DNA from: Chloroflexia bacterium
Lineage (GTDB): Bacteria; Chloroflexota; Chloroflexia; DTKN01
Length of the DNA stretch: 64,000 nucleotides
Direction: 5' to 3'
Assembly: GCA_049970175.1 (NCBI GenBank)
Contig: JBMFNL010000001.1
Location: forward strand, 364 to 64,363
Part shown: positions 8,402 to 17,450 of the stretch, piece by piece
How positions within the stretch are numbered: position 1 is the stretch's first letter
How the letters are laid out: every line of letters begins with the position of its first letter
Program-made: the position numbers and the translations under genes
The notes under the pieces: generated by a model
Seen by the model: only the letters and a program-made list of their open reading frames with translations
Told to the model about the DNA's origin: nothing
Databases searched by the model: none

Positions 8402-9827
8402 GGTCACCCTCCTCCGCTTCCTCGTCGGCCGGCGCTGCCCCGCAGCGGCGGAGGATCTCCCGGGCCGCGATGACCCCGGAGACCGAGGCCTGTACAAGTC
8501 CCCGCGTGACCCCAGCCCCGTCGCCGGCCGCAAAGAGGTTGGCCACCTGCACCGTCTCCAGGGAGGGGGTCAGGTCCAGCCGGGAGGAATAGAACTTGGC
8601 CTCGACCCCGTAGAGCAGGGTGTGGCGGGAATTGACCCCCGGGGCCAGTTTGTCCAGCGCCTCCAGCATTTCCATGATGTCGGCCAGGTAGCGATAGGGC
8701 AGGACGAAACTGAGGTCGCCCGGGATGGCGCTCTTCAGGGTCGGCTCGACGATGCTGCGGGCCAGGCGTTCGGCGGTGGTGCGCCGGCCGGCCCGCAGGT
8801 CCCCCAGCCGCTGCACCATTACTCCCCCACTCAACATGTTGGCCAGCCGCGCCAGATACCGGCCGTAGGCGATCGGCTCGTGGAACGGCTCGGTGAAGGA
8901 GGTGGAGACCAGCAGGGCAAAGTTGGTGGAAGCCGTCGGCCGCTCGGCGTAACTGTGGCCGTTGACCAGCACCACCGGCGGGTCGCCGTCGGCAAACTCC
9001 GGCGTGACCTCGCCGTATGGGCAGACGCAGAAGGTGCGCACGCGGTCGTCGAAGCAGCGGGAGGTGTACTCCAGTTTGGCCTCGTAGAGCGCATCGGTCA
9101 GCGGAGCCAGCACCGGAGCCGGAACCTCCACCCGCAGCCCCACATCCACCGGGTTGTTACGCAGCACGATGCCCAGCCGTTCGGCCTCCCCACGCAGCCA
9201 GGAGGCCCCTTCCCGGCCGGGGGCCACCACCACAAAGCGCGCCCTCAGCGTCTCTCCGCCGGCCGTGGTCACGCCCGCGACCCGTCCCTCGGCCACCTCC
9301 AGCCGAACCACGGGGGTGTTCATCCGCACCTCCACCCGGCGGGCCAGTTCCTCGTACATGGCCTGGACGATGGCGCTGCAGTGCTCCGTGCCCAGGTGGC
9401 GGATGGGCACCGGAATCAGGCGCAGGTCGTTCAAGGCCGCCCGGTGCTGCCATTCCTCGACCTCGTCCCCCAGGCCGTACACCTTCTCCGAGGCCCCGAA
9501 GCGGCGATAGAGGCGATCCACATAGGCGATGTGCCGCTCCAGGAGAGGTCGGGGCAGGAAATCCCCCAGCCAGCCGCCCACCTCGGGGGAGAGGGTCAGT
9601 TTCCCATCGGAGAAGGCGCCGGCCCCGCCCCAGCCGCACAGTTGCGCGCAGGGCCGACAGTGGCGGCATGTTCCTCCCTCCTCCCGGATGGGACAGAGGC
9701 GGTGTTCCAGCGGGCGGCCTTTTTCCAGCAGGAGAAGGCGGAGGGAACTTTTCTGCGCCAGTTCCAGGGCGGCAAAGAGGCCGGCCGGGCCGGCCCCCAC
9801 GATGATCACATCATAGTCCTGAGCCAT
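8388..9827 (-). CDS. FAD-dependent oxidoreductase (COG2509-like; NAD(P)/FAD Rossmann N-terminus)
   Basis: MAQDYDVIIVGAGPAGLFAALELAQ... GxGxxG motif at the N-terminus; 479 aa. Confidence 0.8.
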   Translation of the reverse strand: MAQDYDVIIVGAGPAGLFAALELAQKSSLRLLLLEKGRPLEHRLCPIREEGGTCRHCRPCAQLCGWGGAGAFSDGKLTLSPEVGGWLGDFLPRPLLERHIAYVDRLYRRFGASEKVYGLGDEVEEWQHRAALNDLRLIPVPIRHLGTEHCSAIVQAMYEELARRVEVRMNTPVVRLEVAEGRVAGVTTAGGETLRARFVVVAPGREGASWLRGEAERLGIVLRNNPVDVGLRVEVPAPVLAPLTDALYEAKLEYTSRCFDDRVRTFCVCPYGEVTPEFADGDPPVVLVNGHSYAERPTASTNFALLVSTSFTEPFHEPIAYGRYLARLANMLSGGVMVQRLGDLRAGRRTTAERLARSIVEPTLKSAIPGDLSFVLPYRYLADIMEMLEALDKLAPGVNSRHTLLYGVEAKFYSSRLDLTPSLETVQVANLFAAGDGAGVTRGLVQASVSGVIAAREILRRCGAAPADEEAEEGDRALL

Positions 9828-9878
9828 TTCTGCAAGTCACAAGGCACCTTCGGGTGTTGAACGTGCCAACGTCCTTCC

Positions 9879-11282
9879 TCAGAGCGGGGCGAAGCGCGCC
9901 GTAAAGTGGCGCAGGTAGGGCGGCTCGTAGACGATGCGCATCCCCCGCACTTCTCCGGCGCGCCGGTGCACCTGGGCCACCGTTTCGGCCACGTAATCCA
10001 TCTGTGTGTTCGTATAGACCCGGCGCGGGACGGCCATGCGCACCAGTTCCAGGGCCGGATAGATGACCTCCCCCGTGGCCGGGTCCCGACGGGCGTTCAT
10101 GACCGTACCGATCTCCACCGTGCGGATGCCCCCCTGGATGTAGATCTCCACCGTGAGGGCCTGGGCCGGCAGGCTGGACTGGGGCAGGTGGGGGAGGAAA
10201 CGCTTGGCATCCAGGTAGACGGCATGTCCCCCCACCGGCTCCAGGATAGGCACGCCCAGTTCCCTCAGCCGCTCGCCCAAGTAGCGCACCTGGCCGATGC
10301 GGTAGGCCAGGTAGTGCTCGTCCAGCGCCTCCCAAAGGCCCCGGGCGATGGCCTCCAGGTCCCGGCCGGCCAGCCCACCGTAGGTGGGAAAGCCTTCCCA
10401 GAGAATCAGCCGCTGGCAGACCCGCTCGTAGAGTTCGGCGTCGCGCATGGCCAGGAAGCCGCCGATGTTGACCAGGGCGTCCTTCTTGGCGCTCATGGTA
10501 CAGCCGTCGGCGTAGGAAAAGGTTTCCCGGACGATCTCCAGAATCGGCCGGCCGGCCTGCCCCGGCTCCCGTTGTTGGATGAAATGGGCGTTCTCGGCGT
10601 GGCGGCAGGCGTCCAGAAAGAGCGGGATGCCGTGGCGATGCAGCACCTCGCTGACCTGCCGGATGTTCTCCAGCGAGACCGGCTGGCCGCCGCCGTTGTT
10701 GTTGGTGATGGTGATCATGCCCAGGGGGATGCGTTCCGCACCCACCTCCCGAATCAGGGCCTCCAGACGGGCCACGTCCACGTTGCCCTTGAAGGGATGG
10801 GGCGACTGGGCATCCAGCCCCTCCTCGATCACCAGGTCCACGGCATGGGCCCCCAGGGCCTCGATGTTGGCCCGGGTGGTGTCAAAGTGCATGTTGCTGG
10901 GGACGTAATCGCCGGGATGCAGCAGGGTGGCGAAGAGGATGTGTTCGGCGGCGCGGCCCTGATGGGTCGGGACAAAGTAGGGGAAGCCGAAGATGGCGCG
11001 AACCGCTTCTTCCAGGTTGAAAAAGTTCCGACAGCCGGCATACGATTCGTCGCCGAGCATCAGGCCGGCCCACTGCCGGTCGCTCATGGCCGAGGTGCCG
11101 CTGTCGGTCAGGAGGTCGATGTAGATGTCCTCGGCGCGCACCCGGAAGAGGTTGTAGCCGGCCTCGGCGATGATGCGCCGGCGTTCCTCCTCCGTTGTCA
11201 TCCGTACCGGCTCGACAACCTTGATGCGAAAGGGTTCCAAAGGCGGACGAACCAAAGGTAGCCTCCTCTGGCCGGCTTTCAC
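9879..11282 (-). CDS. tnaA: Tryptophanase / tyrosine phenol-lyase family beta-eliminating lyase (PLP-dependent)
   Basis: ...EPFRIKVVEPVRMTTEEERRRIIAEAGYNLF...DSGTSAMSDRQWAG...; strong similarity to the TnaA/TPL N-terminus and core. GTG start. Confidence 0.8.
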   Translation of the reverse strand: MKAGQRRLPLVRPPLEPFRIKVVEPVRMTTEEERRRIIAEAGYNLFRVRAEDIYIDLLTDSGTSAMSDRQWAGLMLGDESYAGCRNFFNLEEAVRAIFGFPYFVPTHQGRAAEHILFATLLHPGDYVPSNMHFDTTRANIEALGAHAVDLVIEEGLDAQSPHPFKGNVDVARLEALIREVGAERIPLGMITITNNNGGGQPVSLENIRQVSEVLHRHGIPLFLDACRHAENAHFIQQREPGQAGRPILEIVRETFSYADGCTMSAKKDALVNIGGFLAMRDAELYERVCQRLILWEGFPTYGGLAGRDLEAIARGLWEALDEHYLAYRIGQVRYLGERLRELGVPILEPVGGHAVYLDAKRFLPHLPQSSLPAQALTVEIYIQGGIRTVEIGTVMNARRDPATGEVIYPALELVRMAVPRRVYTNTQMDYVAETVAQVHRRAGEVRGMRIVYEPPYLRHFTARFAPL

Positions 11283-11335
11283 CCCATCGTGCTCGACCGG
11301 CCAGGGCCATTCTATCCCCTTTCCAAACGAATGTC

Positions 11336-11366
11336 AAACTTGTAAAAACGGTCCACCTGTGGTATG
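11336..11366 (+). promoter_or_regulatory. sigma70-like promoter (TTGTAA-17-TATGAT) for the ACC-deaminase-family gene
   Basis: TTGTAAaaacggtccacctgtggTATGAT, 30 nt upstream of the GGAGGAA SD. Confidence 0.35.
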
Positions 11367-11394
11367 ATGGGTTCGACAAAACGGAGGAAACGAT

Positions 11395-12402
11395 ATGCCG
11401 GCCTTGGAAGATTTCCCTCGTGTCCCTCTCGTCCCGGAGCCGACGCCGCTGCACCCGTTGCCCCGTCTGAGCGCCGAAGTGGGCCTCCAGGTCTGGTGCA
11501 AACGGGATGACCTGACCCGTCTGGCCCTGGGGGGGAACAAACTGCGCAAACTCGAGTTCCTGCTGCGCGAAGCGCTGGATCAGGGCGCCGATACGGTGAT
11601 CACCATCGGGGCGGCCCAGTCCAACCACGCCCGGCTGACCGCCGCTGCCGCGGCCGTCCTGGGGTTGCGCACCATCCTGGTGCTCGACGGTCCCATCGTC
11701 GGCCGGGGGCAGGGAAACCTGCTCCTGGACGACCTCCTGGGGGCCGAAGTGCGCCTCTACGCCTGGGAAAGGCGGGAGGAGGGAGCGGCCCTTCTGGAGC
11801 AGGTAGCCGAGGAGGTGCGCCAGGCCGGCCGCCGGCCCTATGTCATCCCACTGGGCGGGAGCAATGCCCTGGGGACGCTGGGGTATGCCCTGGCGGCCCG
11901 GGAACTGGCCCGCCAGGCGGAGATCAAGGGCCTGTCGCCCCGGGCCGTCGTCTGCGCTACCAGTTCCTGCGGCACGCAGGCCGGCCTGGTGCTGGGCCGG
12001 GCCCTCTATCGCCTGCCCTGGGAGGTGGTGGGCATCAGCGTGGGGGAGCCGGCGACGGACCTGGCCCGCACGGTGGCCCGTCTGGCTTCGGAGGCGGCGG
12101 AACGCCTGGGGATACCGCCCATCCCGGAGGACGAAGTCATCGTCCTGGACGGCTATGCCGGCCCCGGCTACGGCCGGATGGACCCGGCCACGGCGGAGAC
12201 CATCCGCCGGGTGGCCTCCCTGGAGGGCATCCTTCTGGATCCGGTTTACACCGGCAAGGCCATGGCCGGCCTGCTGGACTTGGCCCGCCGAGGCCGCTGG
12301 GAAAAGGGGGAGACGGTCGTCTTTCTCCACACCGGCGGCATCCCGGCCCTCTTCGCCTACTGGGAGGCACTGGGGGTGGCAGGCAAGCAAGAACCGATGT
12401 AG
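11395..12402 (+). CDS. PLP-dependent ACC deaminase / D-cysteine desulfhydrase family enzyme
   Basis: ...LQVWCKRDDLTRLALGGNKLRKLEFLL...TIGAAQSNHARLTAAAA...; GGAGGAA SD. Confidence 0.8.
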   Translation: MPALEDFPRVPLVPEPTPLHPLPRLSAEVGLQVWCKRDDLTRLALGGNKLRKLEFLLREALDQGADTVITIGAAQSNHARLTAAAAAVLGLRTILVLDGPIVGRGQGNLLLDDLLGAEVRLYAWERREEGAALLEQVAEEVRQAGRRPYVIPLGGSNALGTLGYALAARELARQAEIKGLSPRAVVCATSSCGTQAGLVLGRALYRLPWEVVGISVGEPATDLARTVARLASEAAERLGIPPIPEDEVIVLDGYAGPGYGRMDPATAETIRRVASLEGILLDPVYTGKAMAGLLDLARRGRWEKGETVVFLHTGGIPALFAYWEALGVAGKQEPM

Positions 12403-12423
12403 CCGGGAACAAGGGGAAAAACT

Positions 12424-13122
12424 GTGCCAGTGTTTTGTTCGCAGTGCGGGGCACGTAACCCCCAGCAAAATATCGTCTGTCGCTCCTGCGGGGCCTGGCT
12501 GGAAGAGCGGGCACTGGACGGCGCCGGGGCCGCGGCCTATCCTCCGGTCGAGTCCCCCATTTCGGCCAACCCGGCCGTCGGTCGGGCTGCCGTCTTTGGG
12601 CTGATGGCCGCGGCCATCTCGAGCGGGATATGGTTTATCCTGGAGCAGTGGGCTCATCAGCCCCTGCCCCTGGGCACCCTGGTTGCCCTCCTCGTTCCCG
12701 AGGCGGTATTGCGGGGTGCCGGCCAGAAGCGGACCCGAGCGTTGCCGTGGATTTCCCTGGGCCTGACCTTGCTTGCCACCGTCGTGATGATTCCGGTGCT
12801 GGCGGCGGCCGACCCGGCCGGATTCCCGCTCGGCCTGGCGCGCCGGCTTCAGGGCCCCCTCGTGCTCTTTCACCTCTGGGGACTTTCCATGGCCTATCTC
12901 ATCCCGGCCCCCTACAACGTGCGGGCGCCAAAAAAGGCCGAGGAAAAGAGGAGACCGTCCCGGGAAAGCGGCCCCCCTGTCCTGCGCTGCATCCGTTGCC
13001 AGGTGCCCACGACCGAGGAGGAGGCCCAGCCGCTGCCGGGCCAGTGGGAAGGAAACCGGGTAGCCGTGCTCTGCCCCAGGTGCTTTGCCGAGATCGAGGC
13101 GACCCGGTTGTTTCCCCGCTAA
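12424..13122 (+). CDS. Zinc-ribbon + 2-TM + C-terminal zinc-ribbon membrane protein
   Basis: CSQCGARN...CRSCG at the N-terminus, two hydrophobic helices, and CIRCQ...LCPRCFAEIEA at the C-terminus. Paralogous to the N-terminal module of the next gene. Confidence 0.65.
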   Translation: MPVFCSQCGARNPQQNIVCRSCGAWLEERALDGAGAAAYPPVESPISANPAVGRAAVFGLMAAAISSGIWFILEQWAHQPLPLGTLVALLVPEAVLRGAGQKRTRALPWISLGLTLLATVVMIPVLAAADPAGFPLGLARRLQGPLVLFHLWGLSMAYLIPAPYNVRAPKKAEEKRRPSRESGPPVLRCIRCQVPTTEEEAQPLPGQWEGNRVAVLCPRCFAEIEATRLFPR

Positions 13123-13165
13123 CTTTTGGGGGATCAATCAGAAGATTTGCCCAATCAGGAGGAAA

Positions 13166-15100
13166 ATCATGCCGGTTTGTCCGCAGTGCGGGACCCGTAA
13201 CCCGCCGGAGAACACCACCTGCCGTTCCTGCGGTGCTCTGTTGGAAGTTCCACCGGTCCCTTCTCCGCCCGCAGCGCCCGAAGAGGCCGCGCCTTCCCCG
13301 ACGGCTCCGGAGGAACTCCCCATCGGTCGGGCGGCGGCCTGGGGATTGGTGGCCGCGGCCGTCCTGGGGGGAATCTGGTTTGCCCTGGAGGTTCTGACCC
13401 ATCAGCCGTTGCCTTTCCTGGCCGTTCTCGTCGGCTGGCTCGTCGCCGAAGTGGTGGTCCGGGGTGCCGGAAACAGGCGCAGCCGGGCCTTGCAATGGCT
13501 GGCCCTGGGCCTGACCCTCCTGGCGGTCGCCGGAACGCTCCTGGCCCTGGCGGCGACCGACCCGGCCGGCTTCTCCACCGGCCTCTCCAGCCGCCTGCAG
13601 GACGTCTTCTCCATCCTTCTCTACCTCCTGGGCCTCTTCCTGGCCTATGCCTCCCCTGCCCCACGCCCGGCCCCGCGTCCCCAACCGCAGGAACCGGAAG
13701 CGGAGAAGGAGGCCGAGGAAGGCGAGCAGCCGGCCGAGGAGGGCGAAGCGCCGGCCGAAGCGGAACCGGCGTTGCGCTGCATCCGCTGCCAGTCCCCCAC
13801 CACCGAGGGGGAGGCGCTGATGCTGCCGGCCCGCCGCGGGCAGGTAGCGGCCCTCTGTCCCCGATGTGTGGCCGAGATCGAGGCCCGCTTCGCCGCCGAG
13901 AGCGAGAACATCCAGGTGGGCCCGGCCGTCCTCTACGGCCTAGGGGCAGCCCTGGCCGGAGGCGTCCTCTGGTATCTGGCGGAACGCTTCTCCGGCATGG
14001 CCCTGCCCTTCCTGGCCTTTATCTTCGGCTGGCTCATCGCCGAGGCGGTGCGGCGAGGGGCCGGCCGCAAGCGCGGCCGGGTGTTGCAATGGATCTCCCT
14101 GGGGCTGACGCTGGCCATGATCGTGGGAACCCAGGTCGCCGCTGCCGCCACCGTCCAGCCGGCCCGCGACGCACGTCCCACCTGGTCGCCCGACGGGATG
14201 CGCCTGGCCTTTCAGTCCGACCGCAGCGGAAACTGGGAGATCTATGTCCTCCAGGTCGAAACCGGCGAGGGGAATCGCCTGACCAACAACGCCGACGCCG
14301 ATGTGGCCCCGGCCTGGTCGCCCGACGGGAGGCACCTGGCCTTCCAGTCCGACCGCGGGGGGCAGGGGTGGAACCTCTATACCATGAACGCCGCCGACGG
14401 CACGGAAGTAGCCCGGCTGGCCGAGGTGCTGTCCGAGGGGGAGGAGCCGGCCTGGTCGCCCGATGGGAAGCGGCTGGCCTTGGTTTCCCGTTCGGATGGC
14501 AACCCCGAAATCTATGTGGTCAACGCCGATGGGAGCGGCCTGCTCCGCCTGACGGAGAACGCCGTGGGCGACGAGCATCCCACCTGGTCGCCCGACGGGA
14601 TGCGCCTGGCCTTTGCCTCGGAGCGCGACGGCAACTGGGAAATCTATACCATGAACGCCGACGGCACGGGGGTGTCCCGGCTGACCGATCACCCGGCGGC
14701 CGACCGTTTTCCGGCCTGGTCGCCCGATGGGGAAGGCATCGCCTTTGTCTCGGAACGCGACGGCAATGCCGAGATCTATCGGATGGACCCCGAGGGCGAC
14801 CATCTGCTCCGGCTGACCCAGGATGCGGCCGAGGATGGCGATCCGGCCTGGTCGCCCGATGGGAAGCGGCTGGCCTTTCGGAGCGAACGCGATGGAGATG
14901 CCGAAATCTACCAGATGGAGACGGACGGGAGCCAGGTGACGCCCCTGACCCGCGATCCGGCCGGGGTGATGGAGGTTCTGCTGGGGCGGTTGCAGGACCC
15001 CTTTACCCTGATCCTCTTCCTGCTGGCGCTCTTCCAGGCCTACAGCACGCCGGCTCCCCGGCGGCTTCCCGTCCGGAAGCCGGAGCAACCGTCGAGTTAG
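13166..15100 (+). CDS. Zinc-ribbon/membrane module (duplicated) fused to a TolB-like (PD40 WD40-like) beta-propeller
   Basis: ATG at 13166 with GGAGGA SD. The N-terminal ~260 aa are a paralog of the preceding gene, and a second membrane module follows. Then more than 6 repeats of AWSPDG.RLAF.S.RDGN.EIY (TolB/PD40). Confidence 0.7.
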   Translation: MMPVCPQCGTRNPPENTTCRSCGALLEVPPVPSPPAAPEEAAPSPTAPEELPIGRAAAWGLVAAAVLGGIWFALEVLTHQPLPFLAVLVGWLVAEVVVRGAGNRRSRALQWLALGLTLLAVAGTLLALAATDPAGFSTGLSSRLQDVFSILLYLLGLFLAYASPAPRPAPRPQPQEPEAEKEAEEGEQPAEEGEAPAEAEPALRCIRCQSPTTEGEALMLPARRGQVAALCPRCVAEIEARFAAESENIQVGPAVLYGLGAALAGGVLWYLAERFSGMALPFLAFIFGWLIAEAVRRGAGRKRGRVLQWISLGLTLAMIVGTQVAAAATVQPARDARPTWSPDGMRLAFQSDRSGNWEIYVLQVETGEGNRLTNNADADVAPAWSPDGRHLAFQSDRGGQGWNLYTMNAADGTEVARLAEVLSEGEEPAWSPDGKRLALVSRSDGNPEIYVVNADGSGLLRLTENAVGDEHPTWSPDGMRLAFASERDGNWEIYTMNADGTGVSRLTDHPAADRFPAWSPDGEGIAFVSERDGNAEIYRMDPEGDHLLRLTQDAAEDGDPAWSPDGKRLAFRSERDGDAEIYQMETDGSQVTPLTRDPAGVMEVLLGRLQDPFTLILFLLALFQAYSTPAPRRLPVRKPEQPSS

Positions 15101-15618
15101 CCTTCTTCCGGCCCCTCGCCGGCCATTTCAAAGACCATCTCGCAGCAGTCGTCGCCGCGGCCCATGGACTTGGTGATCGTGCATTGCAGGCGGGGATGGC
15201 AGAGGCGAGCGGCTTCGACCTCGAACTGGTCATAGGCCAGGCACAGTTCCGGCGTGGATTCGCGGGCCGGATCATCGTACAGGGGACACCGGCGCCAGCG
15301 GAAGACGGCGCGCCGGGGCGTGGCCCCCTCCTCGATTTCGACCCACATCCCCAGCGTTTCCTCGGCCCGTTGCATATAGGCGGCCATGCCCCGGGCGTTG
15401 CGCTCAAACTGGCCCGTCTCAAAGGCCCGGCCGGCCTGCAGGCGGGCGATTCGGCGAAAGGCCTCGGCGACGGCCTGGAGGCCCGTTTCGCCGCACATCT
15501 CGACCACCGTGCGGCCCAGGACGCCCCAGATGAGGGCATAACTGCGGCAGGCCGCCCGCCAGGCTTTTCCCGGCCGGTCGGCCCAGGCGGGAGGGAGATC
15601 GGGGAGAATATAGCCCAT
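15097..15618 (-). CDS. Cys-rich hypothetical protein (possible ATC-hydrolase-like)
   Basis: MGYILPDLPPAWADRPGKAW...CHPRLQCTITKSMGRGDDCCEMVFEM. The function is a guess. Confidence 0.5.
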   Translation of the reverse strand: MGYILPDLPPAWADRPGKAWRAACRSYALIWGVLGRTVVEMCGETGLQAVAEAFRRIARLQAGRAFETGQFERNARGMAAYMQRAEETLGMWVEIEEGATPRRAVFRWRRCPLYDDPARESTPELCLAYDQFEVEAARLCHPRLQCTITKSMGRGDDCCEMVFEMAGEGPEEG

Positions 15619-15628
15619 CGTTGAACCT

Positions 15629-16264
15629 CTAGCGGTAGCGCCGAATGACGCCGACGACCTGGCCCTGAATCTCCACATCTGAGGCCCAGACGTAGATGGG
15701 GGCCAGGTTGGGATTTTCCGGTTGCAGCCGGATGCGCCGTCCCTCCTGGTAGAAGCGCTTGAGGGTCACCTCCTGCCGGTCGCGCAGCCAGACGGCCACC
15801 ATATCCCCGTTGCGGGCCGTATCCTGGCGGCGGAGGATCACCACGTCGCCGTCGGTGATGTAGGCGTCGATCATGGAGTCCCCCCGCACCCGCAAAGCGT
15901 AGAGGCCCTCGGTGGAGTCGGGCCAGAGGTCGGCCGGCAATTCCAGCGTCTCGGCGGCTTCGCCCTGCTCGGGCAGGTCATCCGATGCGGGGAGGGGCTG
16001 GCCGGCGGGGATGGTGCCCAGGAGGGGAACGGAACGCCGGGCGGGGCGCGGTTCTGCGGTCAGCGTGATGGAACGCGAAGACCGGGGCTGGCGGCGGATA
16101 AGCCCGCGCTTTTCCAGGAGGTCGAGGTTATAGTCCACCACTGAGGTCGAAGAGATTCCCAGGGCCGTCTGAATCTGGCGGATGGAGGGAGGGTACCCGT
16201 GCTCGCGGATGAACCCCTCCAGGTACTGGAGAATCCGTCGCTGCCGCTCGCTCATCTTTCTCAT
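15629..16264 (-). CDS. lexA: LexA repressor
   Basis: MRKMSERQRRILQYLEGFIREHGYPPSIRQI (winged HTH), plus an S24 peptidase C-terminus with Ala-Gly cleavage context and catalytic Ser/Lys. GGAGG SD 5 nt upstream. Confidence 0.85.
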   Translation of the reverse strand: MRKMSERQRRILQYLEGFIREHGYPPSIRQIQTALGISSTSVVDYNLDLLEKRGLIRRQPRSSRSITLTAEPRPARRSVPLLGTIPAGQPLPASDDLPEQGEAAETLELPADLWPDSTEGLYALRVRGDSMIDAYITDGDVVILRRQDTARNGDMVAVWLRDRQEVTLKRFYQEGRRIRLQPENPNLAPIYVWASDVEIQGQVVGVIRRYR

Positions 16265-16321
16265 CGCCGCCTCCTCGATACCCTGGGGTCCATACGTGAC
16301 CCCTTGACATTCCCATGCCGC

Positions 16322-16333
16322 GATCATACGTTC
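16322..16333 (-). promoter_or_regulatory. Candidate SOS/LexA box (GAAC-GTAT-GATC; one mismatch to GAAC-N4-GTTC)
   Basis: Sits at +1..+12 of the lexA promoter, the typical autoregulatory position. Confidence 0.3.
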
Positions 16334-16340
16334 TAAAGAA

Positions 16341-16369
16341 ATTATAGATCAGCACGCTTGTGCTGTCAA
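16341..16369 (-). promoter_or_regulatory. Consensus sigma70 promoter for lexA (TTGACA-17-TATAAT, minus strand)
   Basis: The minus strand reads TTGACAgcacaagcgtgctgatcTATAAT. The spacer contains a palindrome CAGCACgcttGTGCTG. Confidence 0.5.
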
Positions 16370-16479
16370 CTGGGATGCTCGTCGGTCGGGGAAACGCCCG
16401 TTTTTGACAGATTCCTACACCCCCCTTACAATGTGTGGGATGCATGTTTCTGGATGGGCACTGTACTCGAACACTGCGC

Positions 16480-16835
16480 ACAGCGGGCCGTTCGCCGGTC
16501 GAGTAGGGCGCGTAGCGCCCGTATCGAGACCCTTGGGTTGAGTAGGCCCTTGGGTTGAGCCTGTCGAAACCAAGGCCGTAACCGAAACCAGCGTATCGAA
16601 ACCCTTGGGTTGAGTAGCCCCCGACTTGGGTCGAGTAGCGGCGAAGCCGCGTATCGAGACCAGGGGGCGTATCGAAACCAGCCGCGTATCGAGACCAGGG
16701 GGCGTATCGAAACCCTTGGGTTGAGTAGCGCGTATCGAAACCCGAACGGCCCGGCAACCGATTTCGATACGGCCGTCGCTGCGCTTCGGCCTACTCAATC
16801 GGTGCCTCGCCCAACGGCAAACATGCATCCCAATA
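16480..16835. repeat. Mosaic tandem array of short motifs (GCGTATCGARACC x7, CTTGGGTTGAGTAG x4), ending in a ~85-bp dispersed element
   Basis: A 34-bp unit gcgtatcgagaccagggggcgtatcgaaaccagcc occurs twice in tandem. The terminal element is also found at ~44134-44220 and ~49682-49760. Confidence 0.6.
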
Positions 16836-16950
16836 TGTTGGCGGCACTCTGGGCAGCGGTCCATGGCGAGGCATTGGACCCGGCCTGGATCGCACCGGTC
16901 CAGGCCTTTCAGGCCGGGGCTGGGCTATCCGGCAGCGATAAGGTAGGCGA

Positions 16951-17448
16951 ATGCGCACCAAGACGATTACGGTGTCCCTGCTGATTCTCCTGGGGGTGGC
17001 CGTGCTGAGCATCGGCCTGTCCAGGGCCGAAACGGGCGAACGACAGGCCGTCCAGCAGCTGCTCGGCGGTGGGCCGGGGCGCTTTCACTACCAGGGACTC
17101 CTGCTGGACAGCGAGGGCAACCCCTGGCCCGACGGCGACTATGGGCTCATCTTCTCTCTCTACGACCGCCCCACGGCCACCGCTCCTCTCTGGAGCGAAG
17201 CCTGGACGGTTTCCGTTCGGAACGGCTTGTTCAGCGTAACGCTGGGGTTACAGAACCTCTTGCCGGCCCTCCGGGAGGGACAGCGCCTGTGGCTGGGCAT
17301 CGTTTTACCCGACCGGGGGGAAATCTTCCCGCGTCCGATGCTCCTGGCCTCCCCGTCGGAATCCGGCCGGCCTGCCCTCCTCTACCTGGACCGTTGGGGG
17401 CTGCCCCTGGAAGCCGACGGCCGCTGGCATGAGCAGCCCTTCCCCTGA
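16951..17448 (+). CDS. Secreted hypothetical protein (signal peptide)
   Basis: MRTKTITVSLLILLGVAVLSIGLSRAE...; 165 aa; no recognisable domain. Confidence 0.5.
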   Translation: MRTKTITVSLLILLGVAVLSIGLSRAETGERQAVQQLLGGGPGRFHYQGLLLDSEGNPWPDGDYGLIFSLYDRPTATAPLWSEAWTVSVRNGLFSVTLGLQNLLPALREGQRLWLGIVLPDRGEIFPRPMLLASPSESGRPALLYLDRWGLPLEADGRWHEQPFP

Positions 17449-17450
17449 CC

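Noticed and set aside
16400-16760. Possible CRISPR array in the repeat-rich region
   Set aside because: Repeat units are 12-14 bp, heterogeneous, and separated by 5-15 bp. There are no regularly sized unique spacers and no cas genes. It is a mosaic tandem repeat instead.
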